A stretch of 35,782 bases of DNA from Candidatus Delongbacteria bacterium (GCA_028702975.1 JAQVNT010000001.1:1-35782), one strand, 5' to 3'. Shown: positions 13,439 through 23,336, counted from the first letter of the stretch. Notes: generated from the letters alone by a model not told the origin. Translations and numbers: made by a program.

Positions 13439-15085
13439 ATGAAATATTGTGCAATTATACTCATGATATCCTCTTTACTTAATGCCGGAATGATAATTAC
13501 CGAGGTCATGTTCAACACGGCGGCGGATGAAAATCAGGATGAATTTATTGAGATCTACAACAATTCGGACATCACGATCGACCTGAGTGGATGGGCGATA
13601 GCGGATAATGCCGAGACCGACCTTCTGATAAAATATCACGGTTTTTCAGATATGCTTTTAAAACCCTATTCTTACTGCGTGGTCATGGATTCTTCCTATT
13701 ACCTTAACAGCACAGAGTACGAGGACCTGATACCGGATTCCGTTCTGAGATTAATGATCAACGACGGCTCGATGGGTCAGTACGGGCTGAGCAATTCATA
13801 CAACGAGACGATAAAACTTTTCGATCCGGACTCGACCCTTACTGATTCAGTGACTTACGACTATACTCAGGCTGAAGGATATACCTACGAAAGAGCTTCA
13901 CATATTTTACCGGTATGGGCAAAATCGACCGTAACGCGCGGAACTCCCGGCTTCAGGAACTCTGTTATGCCTTTTGAGAACGACATTATGCTCAAGCTGA
14001 CCGAAATACCTTCTCCGATCGACCCTGAAGCAGGCAATACTTTTAAACTGACCGTGACCAATACGGGACTCAGCACGGCCGGAAGTTTCAGGCTGAGCTG
14101 GTCGGTTGACGGTGCGGCTGCCGGTGATATTGAGAATTTAACTTCCCTTGCTCCGGGAGATTCGCTTGAAACAGCTGCTGAAATATTCTTTCAGAGATCG
14201 GGAACAACTGAAATTGTCTTTGAGGCTGAAACAGACTTCGAGTCCAATCTGACGGACAATGTTGTGACCCTGAGCGTTTTTGTTCCCTACCCGGAGCCTC
14301 CGCTGACGATAAACGAGTTCATGAAAAATCCCGCGGCCGGGCAGTGCGAATACATCGAGATCTGCAATATTTCCGGCGGGGAGATCGATCTTGGAGATTT
14401 TGCGCTGTCGGACGAGAACAAGGCCAATGCCGTTTTCTTCCCCGATTCTGTCTGCCTGCCCGGAGATCTTATTGTCATGGCAAAAGATGAACAGATATAC
14501 AATTTCAGCGGAGTTCTCAATTCCCGCGTGTTCATCGCGCCCGGTCTGGCGGCTATCAACAACACTGACGACACGATATTTCTTATAGCTGCGGACGGAC
14601 TGGCTTCAGACAGCGTAAGCTATGAAGGATTTGACGACGACGCGGGCAGAAGCATCGAGAAGATCAACCCGGAATTCGCCTCGGACGACCCCGGCAGCTG
14701 GATTTACTGCGTAACTGACGGCACTCCGACAATTGAGAATTCTGTATATCAGGCCCCAGAAGATATAGGCTCGTCCGCCAACTTCAGCATCAGTCCCAAA
14801 ACAGCCACACCCAACGAAGACGGGGAAGACGACAATCTGCTCATAAGCTATGAATTCGATTCCGCCTATGTTTACCTTACGATGAAAATATTCAACATTA
14901 AAGGCCAGCTGATCTCCATGCCCAAAAACGGCGACTACTGTTCGTCTTCGGGGAGCATAGTGTGGAACTGCCGGTCAGAAAGCGGAAAAGTGATCGATAC
15001 GGGCGCGTACATCTGCATGCTTAAAGCAAGGGACGACAAAAGCAGAACGACCGAGCTCAAAGAAGTATTTTATATCGCAAAATAA
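13439..15085 (+). CDS. Secreted protein with two lamin-tail domains (LTD), a CARDB-like middle domain and a FlgD-Ig/T9SS-like C-terminal domain
   Basis: 548 aa with a signal peptide. LTD motifs ITEVMFNTAADENQDEFIEIYNNSDITIDLSGWAI and INEFMKNPAAGQCEYIEICNISGGEIDLGDFAL. C-terminal end ...GAYICMLKARDDKSRTTELKEVFYIAK. Confidence 0.72.
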   Translation: MKYCAIILMISSLLNAGMIITEVMFNTAADENQDEFIEIYNNSDITIDLSGWAIADNAETDLLIKYHGFSDMLLKPYSYCVVMDSSYYLNSTEYEDLIPDSVLRLMINDGSMGQYGLSNSYNETIKLFDPDSTLTDSVTYDYTQAEGYTYERASHILPVWAKSTVTRGTPGFRNSVMPFENDIMLKLTEIPSPIDPEAGNTFKLTVTNTGLSTAGSFRLSWSVDGAAAGDIENLTSLAPGDSLETAAEIFFQRSGTTEIVFEAETDFESNLTDNVVTLSVFVPYPEPPLTINEFMKNPAAGQCEYIEICNISGGEIDLGDFALSDENKANAVFFPDSVCLPGDLIVMAKDEQIYNFSGVLNSRVFIAPGLAAINNTDDTIFLIAADGLASDSVSYEGFDDDAGRSIEKINPEFASDDPGSWIYCVTDGTPTIENSVYQAPEDIGSSANFSISPKTATPNEDGEDDNLLISYEFDSAYVYLTMKIFNIKGQLISMPKNGDYCSSSGSIVWNCRSESGKVIDTGAYICMLKARDDKSRTTELKEVFYIAK

Positions 15086-15174
15086 TTCTACTTGACAAAA
15101 GAATGCCTTTGAAGTAATTTATAAGCACTTTACAATATTTTGTTCCATTTGACAGTAAATTGATCGGAGGTTTT

Positions 15175-17577
15175 ATGTTGTTTTCCAAAAGTCTTTGTTC
15201 AGTATGTGTGATAGTGCTTATTCTGTTAACCGACAGTTTCACTTTCGCGAATGATATCAGTCCAAAGTCAATAACAGAATTTCATGATGATTTTGAGAGT
15301 GGCGAGTCTAAATGGACGCTAAAATACTTCTGGGGTATAGACCCTCAGTATAAGTATTCAGGTAGCTATTCTCTTTCAGAGAGCCCGTATGTAAATTATT
15401 ATCCCGGATCGGACACAGCTCCGGAAGGAGGAGCTCCTGCGGAAATTACCGACGCTTTTGATTTTTCATCCGTACCTGATGTCGAAATGTCTTTCTGGTT
15501 AAGGTATGAAATTGAACCGAATTTTGATTTTCTTCATCTGCAGTCTTGTACCGACGGTATCAACTGGTTCACATTAAAATCATGGAGCTCTGATACAGAA
15601 GGCTTAATATGGTACCAGGAAAACATTCCACTAGGATGCCTTGCTGGATTTTCAGATGTTCACATCCGCTTTCTTTTTTGTTCTGACGGAGCCGTAGAAA
15701 TGAGCGGATCGAATATTGATGACATCGATATTGTTCCTAATTACAATGATGTTACCCCTCCTTACATATATTATACTAAGCTAGAAGATTATTATGATAA
15801 CAATCCTGATGGATTTGAAATACAAACTCAAATAACAGATTTCTCAGGAATAAACTATGCAAATGTGCTTTATAAAGTCGACGGAGGCACAGAAATATCT
15901 CTGCCGCCTTCAAGCGTGAACGGAGATGTATATTCATTTACGATCCCCGCACAGTATGCCGGATCATATGTTGAATTCCGTTTCGACTGTGAAGACATGT
16001 CCGCCAATTCCAATCAGAGTTACATCGGGCCATTTTTTTATCGCGCCGGACTTCATCAAATATATGATACGGAAGACATCGTTCGACTGGTTGAAGTAAT
16101 GAATAATCCCGATGTCGGAGAATATAAAGAGATCTCTGTCAGGCACACAGTTTTCAGAGATGATATTGTCGGAGCCGTCATCAGAGGATATTTCAACGGC
16201 GGGACTGTAAACGGCACTATGCTTATACAGGTCTATACAGACGACAACGGCTTACCGGGCACACCGCTACTGCCGGCTCCGGTCCCTTTCACAAATCCCG
16301 CCACTTTCTCGGATCCAGAAGGCTGGGGTTATCTTGATCTCAGCTCTTACCCACAACTTAAGAATCTTGAAGGTGAATATCATCTCGGAATAGCGTGCGA
16401 TTCAGACGGATCATACGGTTCCACTGCTACTCTATTAAGTTATAATCTAGGATCTGACAGATCATGTAATAAGTATATCCCATCGGAAGGATCAGAACCT
16501 GTATGGGAAATAACTAATGACTACGTTTACTATATAAGAGCAGTGACCACGAATAATGACCTTATACCACCGACTATTTCTCCTGATCCGACCGAAGTAA
16601 CTGTATTATTACCTTCTGATTTTATTTCCAACGCTATCTTGGCGATAAATAATCCCGGAGAAGCAACATTGAATTTCACTGGAATTTTCGAATACGATGG
16701 CTATTTTAAAACTGATTCAACATTCTATGATGAAAATTTTGATTCGGATCTTGACTGGATACCAACTGGGGAACTAGCATGGTACATGGATAATGGAACA
16801 TCAAGTCTTGATGGAACTCCATTCTCCAGAATCGATGCTCTTACCTCAGGAGGTAGTACAACAAAATACGGAATTTTGACTTCAGGATACATAAATACAT
16901 CAGGTTATGAAAACCTTAAGCTGGATTTTGATTATTACAGATCCTTGTCGACCGGTTCATACGAAATCGAAATAAGCACGGATGGTATTAACTGGAATTA
17001 TTTATGGGGTGGAACCGGAGCAGCTGGGGCATGGGATTCACCATATCATAGGAGTGTAAACATACCTGAACAATACTGCGTTCCTGAGCTACAGATCAGA
17101 TTAAATGTCGGATTACCTAAAAACGGCGGATTGTTCGCTATAGACAATATTACCTTGAAAGGTACTGTCCCTTATTCATGGCTTACTTTGGACGGAAGTA
17201 ACACGATTTCAGGGTCAATTCCTGTTTCGGGATCAGATAATTTTACTGTAGGGTTCGACACATCTGGACTGACCCAAGGTGATTACACGGCATCAATATA
17301 TTTGAATTCAATCTACAGCAATGTTATCGTTCCAGTTACTTTATCTGTTGGAGCTCAGCAGGATATACCGTCAGTTCCTTCAAATATAACTTTCACAATC
17401 TCAGGCTCTGACCTTACTATTGATTGGGATATATCACCCAGTGCGACAAGTTATGATGTATATTCTTCTGATGATCCTTACGGAACTTTTTCTTTGGAAC
17501 AGAATGTTACAATAAATCAGATAACATTGCCTGCGGTTATGTCAAAGAAATTTTATTATATTATCGCAAAGAACTAA
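15175..17577 (+). CDS. Large secreted multidomain surface protein (paralogue of the C-terminal two thirds of 31214..34939), FN3-like C-terminal end
   Basis: GGAGG-TTTT-ATG start at 15175 (the ORF track starts at a TTG at 15160). Signal peptide present. Shares co-linear blocks with the 1253-aa ORF (ITEFHDDFESG..W, QYKYSGSYSLSESP, DPYGTFSL...KKFYYIIAKN). Confidence 0.6.
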   Translation: MLFSKSLCSVCVIVLILLTDSFTFANDISPKSITEFHDDFESGESKWTLKYFWGIDPQYKYSGSYSLSESPYVNYYPGSDTAPEGGAPAEITDAFDFSSVPDVEMSFWLRYEIEPNFDFLHLQSCTDGINWFTLKSWSSDTEGLIWYQENIPLGCLAGFSDVHIRFLFCSDGAVEMSGSNIDDIDIVPNYNDVTPPYIYYTKLEDYYDNNPDGFEIQTQITDFSGINYANVLYKVDGGTEISLPPSSVNGDVYSFTIPAQYAGSYVEFRFDCEDMSANSNQSYIGPFFYRAGLHQIYDTEDIVRLVEVMNNPDVGEYKEISVRHTVFRDDIVGAVIRGYFNGGTVNGTMLIQVYTDDNGLPGTPLLPAPVPFTNPATFSDPEGWGYLDLSSYPQLKNLEGEYHLGIACDSDGSYGSTATLLSYNLGSDRSCNKYIPSEGSEPVWEITNDYVYYIRAVTTNNDLIPPTISPDPTEVTVLLPSDFISNAILAINNPGEATLNFTGIFEYDGYFKTDSTFYDENFDSDLDWIPTGELAWYMDNGTSSLDGTPFSRIDALTSGGSTTKYGILTSGYINTSGYENLKLDFDYYRSLSTGSYEIEISTDGINWNYLWGGTGAAGAWDSPYHRSVNIPEQYCVPELQIRLNVGLPKNGGLFAIDNITLKGTVPYSWLTLDGSNTISGSIPVSGSDNFTVGFDTSGLTQGDYTASIYLNSIYSNVIVPVTLSVGAQQDIPSVPSNITFTISGSDLTIDWDISPSATSYDVYSSDDPYGTFSLEQNVTINQITLPAVMSKKFYYIIAKN

Positions 17578-17635
17578 TTTTATTTAAAATTTCAAAGGGT
17601 GAAAATTGTTTTTAGTATTTTATATCGCAAAATAA

Positions 17636-18706
17636 TTATTGTTCTTTCACGAACACAAGTCCCTGCGGCCCGTTCCCCGTTGTAAGAGTTGTCTTTACGG
17701 AGTCATTTTCGAGTATGACCAGCTTGTTCTCATCAAATAGCGGAGCATAGACCCTGTCATAGCCGTCGATACATACACCGAGAATTCCGCTCGAAGCCGA
17801 AGAATAAAGCATATCGTCCGCTCCGTTCAGCACCTGATTGTCGATCGAGTTATATTTCATGATGCCGCCGAAACCCGTCCAGTCTAAATTGAATCCCGAT
17901 ACGGCCGCATAGACCATCCCTTCGCTGTTGATCGCGAACGAACCGGGCTGCGAACCGAGGGATACGGTAGAATAAGTATTAAAATTTATTGCTGTCAGGT
18001 CGAACACCCTCACAAAACCTCCGATATCGTCCCTGTTCCCGGTTGAGAGCACATGAAGCTCATTCTCTTCATTGATCAGCATTCCGGCAATGTTGATCCC
18101 GGCCTCGAAAGCAGTATAAACGCTGTCGCCGTACGCGTCTATCATCACGATATATTCATTTCCGAAGATACCGTTTCCAAAATCGTCGTATTTCACATTT
18201 CTGACCCCGACGAACACTTTTGTTCCGTTGGAAAGTATGACATCGGTTCCTCCGTTCTTACAGCTGTCGGGCACTCCGGTTATCGGAATAGTATATAGCG
18301 AGTCCTCATCGAAGTCATAAACATCTACACCTGTTCCGTAGGAATTCGTAGCATAAAGTTTCCTGTTCGATACAGCGGCTCTCATGGGATTGGAGAGCGG
18401 GCTCAATTCGACCGATCCTGTGTTCTGAAGTGTGGAAGCATTGATCATCTGCACATTATTGTTGCCGGAGTTCGTTACATAAATTATCCCGCCTTGCTCG
18501 AATATATGATTCGGCCATTTTCCAAGGCTCACCACATCGTTCTCGATAACGCACTGATCATTTATTACCGACATCGTTCCTACATCGCCAAGACCGTTTA
18601 TCAGGCACACGCTCCCGAAGGCGTCAACAGGATCAGTCGTTCCTTCATAATCCGTACATCCCCACATCATCGCCAAAGCTGCTGCGGCTGCTAAAAATCT
18701 TTTCAT
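17636..18706 (-). CDS. Beta-propeller (YVTN/YncE-like) surface lipoprotein, BtuG-like candidate
   Basis: 356 aa. Signal plus lipobox-like MMWGC. Repeats such as IYVTNSGNNNVQMI and KLYATNSYGTGVDVYDF. Lies 16 nt downstream of the TonB-dependent receptor under a B12-riboswitch-like leader. Confidence 0.55.
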   Translation of the reverse strand: MKRFLAAAAALAMMWGCTDYEGTTDPVDAFGSVCLINGLGDVGTMSVINDQCVIENDVVSLGKWPNHIFEQGGIIYVTNSGNNNVQMINASTLQNTGSVELSPLSNPMRAAVSNRKLYATNSYGTGVDVYDFDEDSLYTIPITGVPDSCKNGGTDVILSNGTKVFVGVRNVKYDDFGNGIFGNEYIVMIDAYGDSVYTAFEAGINIAGMLINEENELHVLSTGNRDDIGGFVRVFDLTAINFNTYSTVSLGSQPGSFAINSEGMVYAAVSGFNLDWTGFGGIMKYNSIDNQVLNGADDMLYSSASSGILGVCIDGYDRVYAPLFDENKLVILENDSVKTTLTTGNGPQGLVFVKEQ

Positions 18707-18721
18707 CTTTTTCTCCTTATT

Positions 18722-20959
18722 TTAAAATTTAAATCTGACCGTTGTCCCGATCTTCCTTCCCGGCATCGGATAGCCGTATATCACCTGATACTGCTCATCA
18801 GTAATGTTCTGCCCGCTCAGAGTGACCGTATATGTGCCTTTTCCTGTCTTAAATTCCCTTGAGATCACCGCGCCATAAAGCCGGTACGGATAAATATCGA
18901 TCGAGTTAGTTTCGTTTAAAAACATCCGACCTGTATAGTCCGCGCTTAACTCAGCATGCCAACCGCTCCCGTCGAAACCGGCTTTAAGCGAAACAGTCTG
19001 CTCAGGTTTGTAAATGACCTTTTTCCCGTCTGTCACAGGATCATCAGTAAACTGCCGCGCGTCCATAAAATTATGATCTGCCGTGATATGGAAATTGTCC
19101 GAAATGTCGGCTCCTAAAGATATTTCATGCCCCGTTATCCTTCCTTCCTTCATATTCTCCGGTGTGTATCTTCCGTCCGTTCTTTTTATCCAGACGATCA
19201 AGTCCTCCAGATATTTTTCATAATATGTATAATTCAGCCTTAAAGTTGCAAAGTCCAGATCGAGAGAGTTCTTTACTGAAGCCTCGTACTGATCGCAGTA
19301 TTCAGCCTCGAGGTCCGGGTTGCCTGAGCTGAAGAGATTTTCCGCCCAGAAGAGATCGGAGAAAGTAGGTAAAGTATAGCTTTGGAAGTAACCGAATGAA
19401 ACATTAACGGTCAGGTTGTCTTTAATGTATTCTCCCGAGCATGAAGCCGAGAACATAGGTCTGTCAAAATTCTGACCGGAGATAATATCCTTTCTGACCG
19501 AGCCCGAAATCTTCCCCTTAACAGAATTTGTAATATTTTGAGTATATTCACCTTTCAGGTACGACGAAATGATCCGCCTCTCATGCTCATCATCCTGCAG
19601 ATATTCCGATCCTGCCGTCTCGTAAAAATATCCTGCTCCCGGTCTGAATGTCAGCCTGAAGTATTTAAGTACTCCCGAGAGGTTTACATCGAAGGTTTGA
19701 AATATATCTTCAGAGTCAATATGGAAGATCGAGTCCGTCTCGGCGATCTTTGTTCTTGAATTCAGTTTGCTGTATGAGGCTTTTAACGATGATGATATAC
19801 TTTCGGTAAATGATAATTTAGTTCCTGCGCTCAGGATAAGGTTCTTAGATTCTTTAAAAGCCTCATAATACGGCTGATCGTACCAGCCGGGAAGCCCGTA
19901 CCGCTTTTCAGAGTAGCCCGCACCCGCATTTATCTCTCCTTTTTCGAGAGTGTAATTATATGATGCGTAGAGATCGTCCGAATCGGACCCGGAGTTCGAC
20001 TGCTCCCTCGGGGTGTTCGGGTGGTTGATGTAGCGGTACTCGTCGGCTTTCGCGGCGTTGATGAACGACCACTCGTTGGCGTTACGCCGCGCAGTGTAGG
20101 AGAAAAACACCCCGTGTTTTTCTCCGTAGCCGCGCTTCAGGCTTAACCCGAAACCGTGGTTGTTAAGCCTGCCGGTGCTGAAATCGTCCCTGTCGCTCTG
20201 ATAGAGCCCGTTCGTATAGAATATTTCAGCACCGTTCGTGCCGGCGGCCTTTTTGGTCGTGATGCTTATCACGCCCCCGGCCGACCGGCCCGTCAGCGCG
20301 GCGTCGCCAGTTTTGAAGATCTCGATCTTCTCTATCATTCCGGCGGGGATCGCGGAAAGATCGCACGAGCCGTCCATGGCGGAATTTATCATGACCCCGT
20401 CGAGCAGTACCGCGGTGTGCCTTGTGTCGGTGCCGCGGACGGAGATCTTTGAACTTGAGCCGTCAATCCTTTCCACCCTTATTCCCGGCAGGCTTTTTAC
20501 AGCCGCCTCAGCGTCCGCCGCCCCGGAAGACGAGATGTCTCTTCCGCTCAATACAAGATCGGGCTTTGTTTCCCGGCCGGTCACTGCGACTACAGGCTCA
20601 AGGTCTATCACTCTGCTCTTCATGACCACATTCAGAACAATCTCTTCTTTTGAGCCCGATATGATAAATTCCGAGGCGGAGTTACAGCAGATGTGCTCAA
20701 AAATGATCTTTCTGCTCCCGTCCGGAATGCCGCTCAAAAAAAACCTGCCACCGCTGTCGGATACCGTGCCGTAAACCGTGCCCTCTACCGTGATATTGAC
20801 ATCCTGAACGGGCCTGCCCTTCTCATCGGTCACGGTTCCTGTTATCCGCGAAGCGGAGAACACCAGCGCCGCCGAGCCCAGTAATATTACCAGTATAGCC
20901 CTTAAATTAAAATTCCTGCCGGGTAGGACAGGAATGTATTCGAAAAACTTGTTTTTCAA
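18722..20959 (-). CDS. TonB-dependent outer-membrane receptor with N-terminal carboxypeptidase-regulatory-like domain (probable cobalamin/corrinoid receptor)
   Basis: 745 aa. ITGTVTDEKGRPVQDVNITVEG (CarbopepD_reg-like), a plug domain, and a beta-barrel ending in RFKF. TTG start with GGGGAG upstream. A cobalamin-riboswitch-like leader lies upstream. Confidence 0.88.
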   Translation of the reverse strand: MKNKFFEYIPVLPGRNFNLRAILVILLGSAALVFSASRITGTVTDEKGRPVQDVNITVEGTVYGTVSDSGGRFFLSGIPDGSRKIIFEHICCNSASEFIISGSKEEIVLNVVMKSRVIDLEPVVAVTGRETKPDLVLSGRDISSSGAADAEAAVKSLPGIRVERIDGSSSKISVRGTDTRHTAVLLDGVMINSAMDGSCDLSAIPAGMIEKIEIFKTGDAALTGRSAGGVISITTKKAAGTNGAEIFYTNGLYQSDRDDFSTGRLNNHGFGLSLKRGYGEKHGVFFSYTARRNANEWSFINAAKADEYRYINHPNTPREQSNSGSDSDDLYASYNYTLEKGEINAGAGYSEKRYGLPGWYDQPYYEAFKESKNLILSAGTKLSFTESISSSLKASYSKLNSRTKIAETDSIFHIDSEDIFQTFDVNLSGVLKYFRLTFRPGAGYFYETAGSEYLQDDEHERRIISSYLKGEYTQNITNSVKGKISGSVRKDIISGQNFDRPMFSASCSGEYIKDNLTVNVSFGYFQSYTLPTFSDLFWAENLFSSGNPDLEAEYCDQYEASVKNSLDLDFATLRLNYTYYEKYLEDLIVWIKRTDGRYTPENMKEGRITGHEISLGADISDNFHITADHNFMDARQFTDDPVTDGKKVIYKPEQTVSLKAGFDGSGWHAELSADYTGRMFLNETNSIDIYPYRLYGAVISREFKTGKGTYTVTLSGQNITDEQYQVIYGYPMPGRKIGTTVRFKF

Positions 20960-20984
20960 CTACATCTCCCCTCGAAGAGTCCGC

Positions 20985-21075
20985 GTTATTGCGGCGGCGG
21001 TTCGGTAAAGATCCGACTGTACGGTTGCGGGGCAGTTTCTGAGTTTCACAGAATTCCATGACCAAAGGCCGATAT
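20985..21075 (-). promoter_or_regulatory. Cobalamin (B12) riboswitch-like 5' leader
   Basis: The minus strand reads GGCCTTTGGTCATGGAATTCTGTGAAACTCAGAAACTGCCCCGCAACCGTACAGTCGGATCTTTACCGAACCGCC. It contains the conserved GGAA...GTGAAA.TC...CTGCCCCGCAAC.GTA core and an AGTCGGA...ACC B12-box-like segment. Boundaries are approximate. Confidence 0.55.
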
Positions 21076-21213
21076 TTCAGACAGAAATTTACAACACCCG
21101 CAGAAATATTGCAATAAGTAAATGAAAAAATATCTATAATTTTTCTTGATTTGTTAAAGAAAGATTAGGATATTGAGTATTTTGCGGACCATCAAAATTG
21201 AGGGCTTTTAGAC

Positions 21214-21942
21214 TTGGGGGATAAGATCAGGATAATTCAGCTGAGCGACATGCACATAAGTTCCGCTGATATAGTAAGGAACGGCGCTAACATACGCAGG
21301 AATTTCCTTAAGGCTCTTGAAAAGGTCAGAGACATGGAACATGATTTTATTGTTCTGAGCGGCGATCTTGCACACGATGTTGACGATAATGACTACAACT
21401 GGCTTAAAAAGAAAATGCAGGGCCTAAAATATTACGTGATCCCGGGCAACCACGACATAACGGAGATCATGGCTAAAAGTTTCGGTCTGGAGAATGACAT
21501 TATAAGAGGCAGGATATTCTATAAAATATCTTTTAAGGGAAGGGATTTCATATTTGCCGACACTTCGATAGAGTGGCTTGACATTAGATCTTTAGACGGT
21601 CTTGTGGACAAAAAATCACCGGAGGGAGGTACTTTTGTTTTTATGCATCATCCTCCTTCACTTTGTAACTCCAGGCACATGGATACATACTATCCGCTTT
21701 CTAATCATATTGAAGCTACGGAATATTTCAACTCATGCAGACAGATCGAACATGTCTTCTGCGCCCATTACCATATCGCCCACCATGTAAATAAAGAGAA
21801 TTTCAATATTCATATCTGCCCTTCGACCTGGTATCAGATTGGAAGAAAACCCAAGAAATTCAATATTCTGCATTCAAAACCCGGCTATACAGTCATAGAG
21901 ATCGACGATTCTGTCAGCGTAAAAAATCATTTCATAAAATAA
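21214..21942 (+). CDS. Calcineurin-like metallophosphoesterase (CpdA-like phosphodiesterase)
   Basis: 242 aa. Motifs LSDMH, SGDLAHD, IPGNHD, FMHHPP, CAHYH. TTG start. Confidence 0.8.
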   Translation: MGDKIRIIQLSDMHISSADIVRNGANIRRNFLKALEKVRDMEHDFIVLSGDLAHDVDDNDYNWLKKKMQGLKYYVIPGNHDITEIMAKSFGLENDIIRGRIFYKISFKGRDFIFADTSIEWLDIRSLDGLVDKKSPEGGTFVFMHHPPSLCNSRHMDTYYPLSNHIEATEYFNSCRQIEHVFCAHYHIAHHVNKENFNIHICPSTWYQIGRKPKKFNILHSKPGYTVIEIDDSVSVKNHFIK

Positions 21943-21952
21943 AAAAGGGACA

Positions 21953-22483
21953 TCAATAGTCCCTTTTTCTCTCTTTCAAAGCTTTCAGTCTCCGTTTGAG
22001 CAGATCCTGCTTCAGTTTTGGAAGCCTCGATACGAAAAGTATCCCGTCAAGATGATCGTATTCATGCTGGATCACTCTTGCCATCAGACCGTCATATCTC
22101 TCTTTATGCCTGTTCCCGTCAATGTCGGTGTATTCGACTTCAATATTCTCGGGTCTTTCGACTATCTCCCATATTCCGGGGACAGAAAGACAACCCTCTT
22201 CATATTTCCATTTACCGGCCGGATCTTTAATTACGGGATTGATGAATACCTGTTTGAACGCATGAGTTCTGATCTCCGCGTCCTCGGGGCTTTCGGGGAC
22301 TACCACAACGAAAAAACGCTTTGAGACTCCCACCTGCGGCGCGGCCAGACCGATCCCGTTAGATTCGGGACATTTTACGAACATCGCCTCAATCAGCTCC
22401 CTTATCTCCGGAGTGATCTCTTCAACTTCGTCGGCTCTTTTGTTCAGAACCTCGTCCCCGTATATCCTGATGTCCAATTTCAA
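21953..22483 (-). CDS. def: Peptide deformylase
   Basis: 176 aa. GIGLAAPQVG, EGCLSVPG and QHEYDHLDG motifs. Confidence 0.95.
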   Translation of the reverse strand: MKLDIRIYGDEVLNKRADEVEEITPEIRELIEAMFVKCPESNGIGLAAPQVGVSKRFFVVVVPESPEDAEIRTHAFKQVFINPVIKDPAGKWKYEEGCLSVPGIWEIVERPENIEVEYTDIDGNRHKERYDGLMARVIQHEYDHLDGILFVSRLPKLKQDLLKRRLKALKERKRDY

Positions 22484-22485
22484 TC

Positions 22486-22812
22486 CTATTTATTCTCGAT
22501 CTCTTTAACATCTGAAAATTTCTCAGCTACGCTGGATTTTAAGAATTCCATATCCGTATTGTTCGATACTTTTACCAGAAATGTTTTTTCTCTCACTTCC
22601 AGAATTACGCCGAATACGCCTCCGATAGTTACGATCTTATCGCCTTTTTTCAATTCTGCGAGCATCTGTGAATGCTGTTTTGCTTTTTTGCTCTGAGGCC
22701 TGATCATCATGAAATAGATTATGAAAATGATGAGTACGAAAGGTATCATTGACGCCAGGCTGCTTCCACCTTCACCTGACTGAGACATTGCTGTCAAATT
22801 CGCGAAATTCAT
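22486..22812 (-). CDS. yajC: Preprotein translocase subunit YajC
   Basis: 108 aa. One TM helix, then KKGDKIVTIGGVFGVILEV, typical of YajC. Confidence 0.85.
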   Translation of the reverse strand: MNFANLTAMSQSGEGGSSLASMIPFVLIIFIIYFMMIRPQSKKAKQHSQMLAELKKGDKIVTIGGVFGVILEVREKTFLVKVSNNTDMEFLKSSVAEKFSDVKEIENK

Positions 22813-22870
22813 TTTATCTCCTTTTTATTACAGTAAATATAACATATTTCTTCTCTTTCTGCAAATTTAC

Positions 22871-22902
22871 AGAAAAGAAAAAAGGCGCTTTGAGGGCGCC
22901 TT
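22871..22902 (-). terminator. Rho-independent terminator after the tRNA-Val/tRNA-Asp pair
   Basis: On the minus strand: GGCGC-CCTCAAA-GCGCC followed by TTTTTTCTTTTCT. Confidence 0.65.
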
Positions 22903-22979
22903 TGGCGGTCCGGACGAGACTCGAACTCGCAACTTCTTGCGTGACAGGCAAGTGCTCTAACCAATTGAACTACCAGACC
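22903..22979 (-). tRNA. tRNA-Asp (GTC), CCA encoded
   Basis: GGTCTGGTAGTTCAATTGGTTAGAGCACTTGCCTGTCACGCAAGAAGTTGCGAGTTCGAGTCTCGTCCGGACCGCCA folds as a canonical cloverleaf. Anticodon loop CTGTCAC. Confidence 0.92.
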
Positions 22980-22996
22980 GAACTTTCTATTTCATG

Positions 22997-23071
22997 TGGG
23001 AACTACTAGGCTCGAACTAGTGACCCCCTGCTTGTAAGGCAGGTGCTCTAAACCAACTGAGCTAAGCTCCC
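22997..23071 (-). tRNA. tRNA-Val (TAC)
   Basis: GGGAGCTTAGCTCAGTTGGTTTAGAGCACCTGCCTTACAAGCAGGGGGTCACTAGTTCGAGCCTAGTAGTTCCCA has four well-paired stems (one G-U pair in the acceptor). Anticodon loop CTTACAA. Confidence 0.92.
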
Positions 23072-23092
23072 GAACAACGCGCAAATATACAA

Positions 23093-23335
23093 TTAAAAAT
23101 TTTTGTTGTCAAGTCTTTTTTCCGTAGATTTTGAAGCTTCGTTCTTGAAATTCTTCATTATACCGTAGGGGAACACCACAGCAAGACTGAAAAGTACTAG
23201 CAACGGGGAAAGTGTCAGAGACCAAAAAGAGTCATAAGGCCCTACGGACATCAGATAGAAACCTAGCGTCAGAACTCCCAGTCCTATGGCGAAAATAATG
23301 TAATTTCTTCCGGTAAAATATAATTTTCTGCTCAT
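23093..23335 (-). CDS. Small two-TM membrane protein (DUF3098-like)
   Basis: 80 aa. The F.GRNY..FAIGLGVLTLGFYLMS ... LSPLLVLFSLAVVFPYGIM pattern resembles the DUF3098 family of Bacteroidota. Confidence 0.5.
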   Translation of the reverse strand: MSRKLYFTGRNYIIFAIGLGVLTLGFYLMSVGPYDSFWSLTLSPLLVLFSLAVVFPYGIMKNFKNEASKSTEKRLDNKNF

Positions 23336-23336
23336 T

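Noticed and set aside
13115-13518. ORFs 13115..13333 (72 aa) and 13180..13518 (112 aa) on the minus strand.
   Set aside because: They run through the tRNA-Sec-like gene and the start region of the HTH-TPR gene. They are most likely spurious.
20156-20884. Several + strand ORFs (98, 178, 67 and 63 aa) inside the TonB-dependent receptor gene.
   Set aside because: They are antisense to a well-supported 745-aa receptor in a GC-richer stretch. Their Pro/Ser/Arg-rich composition is typical of antisense artefacts.
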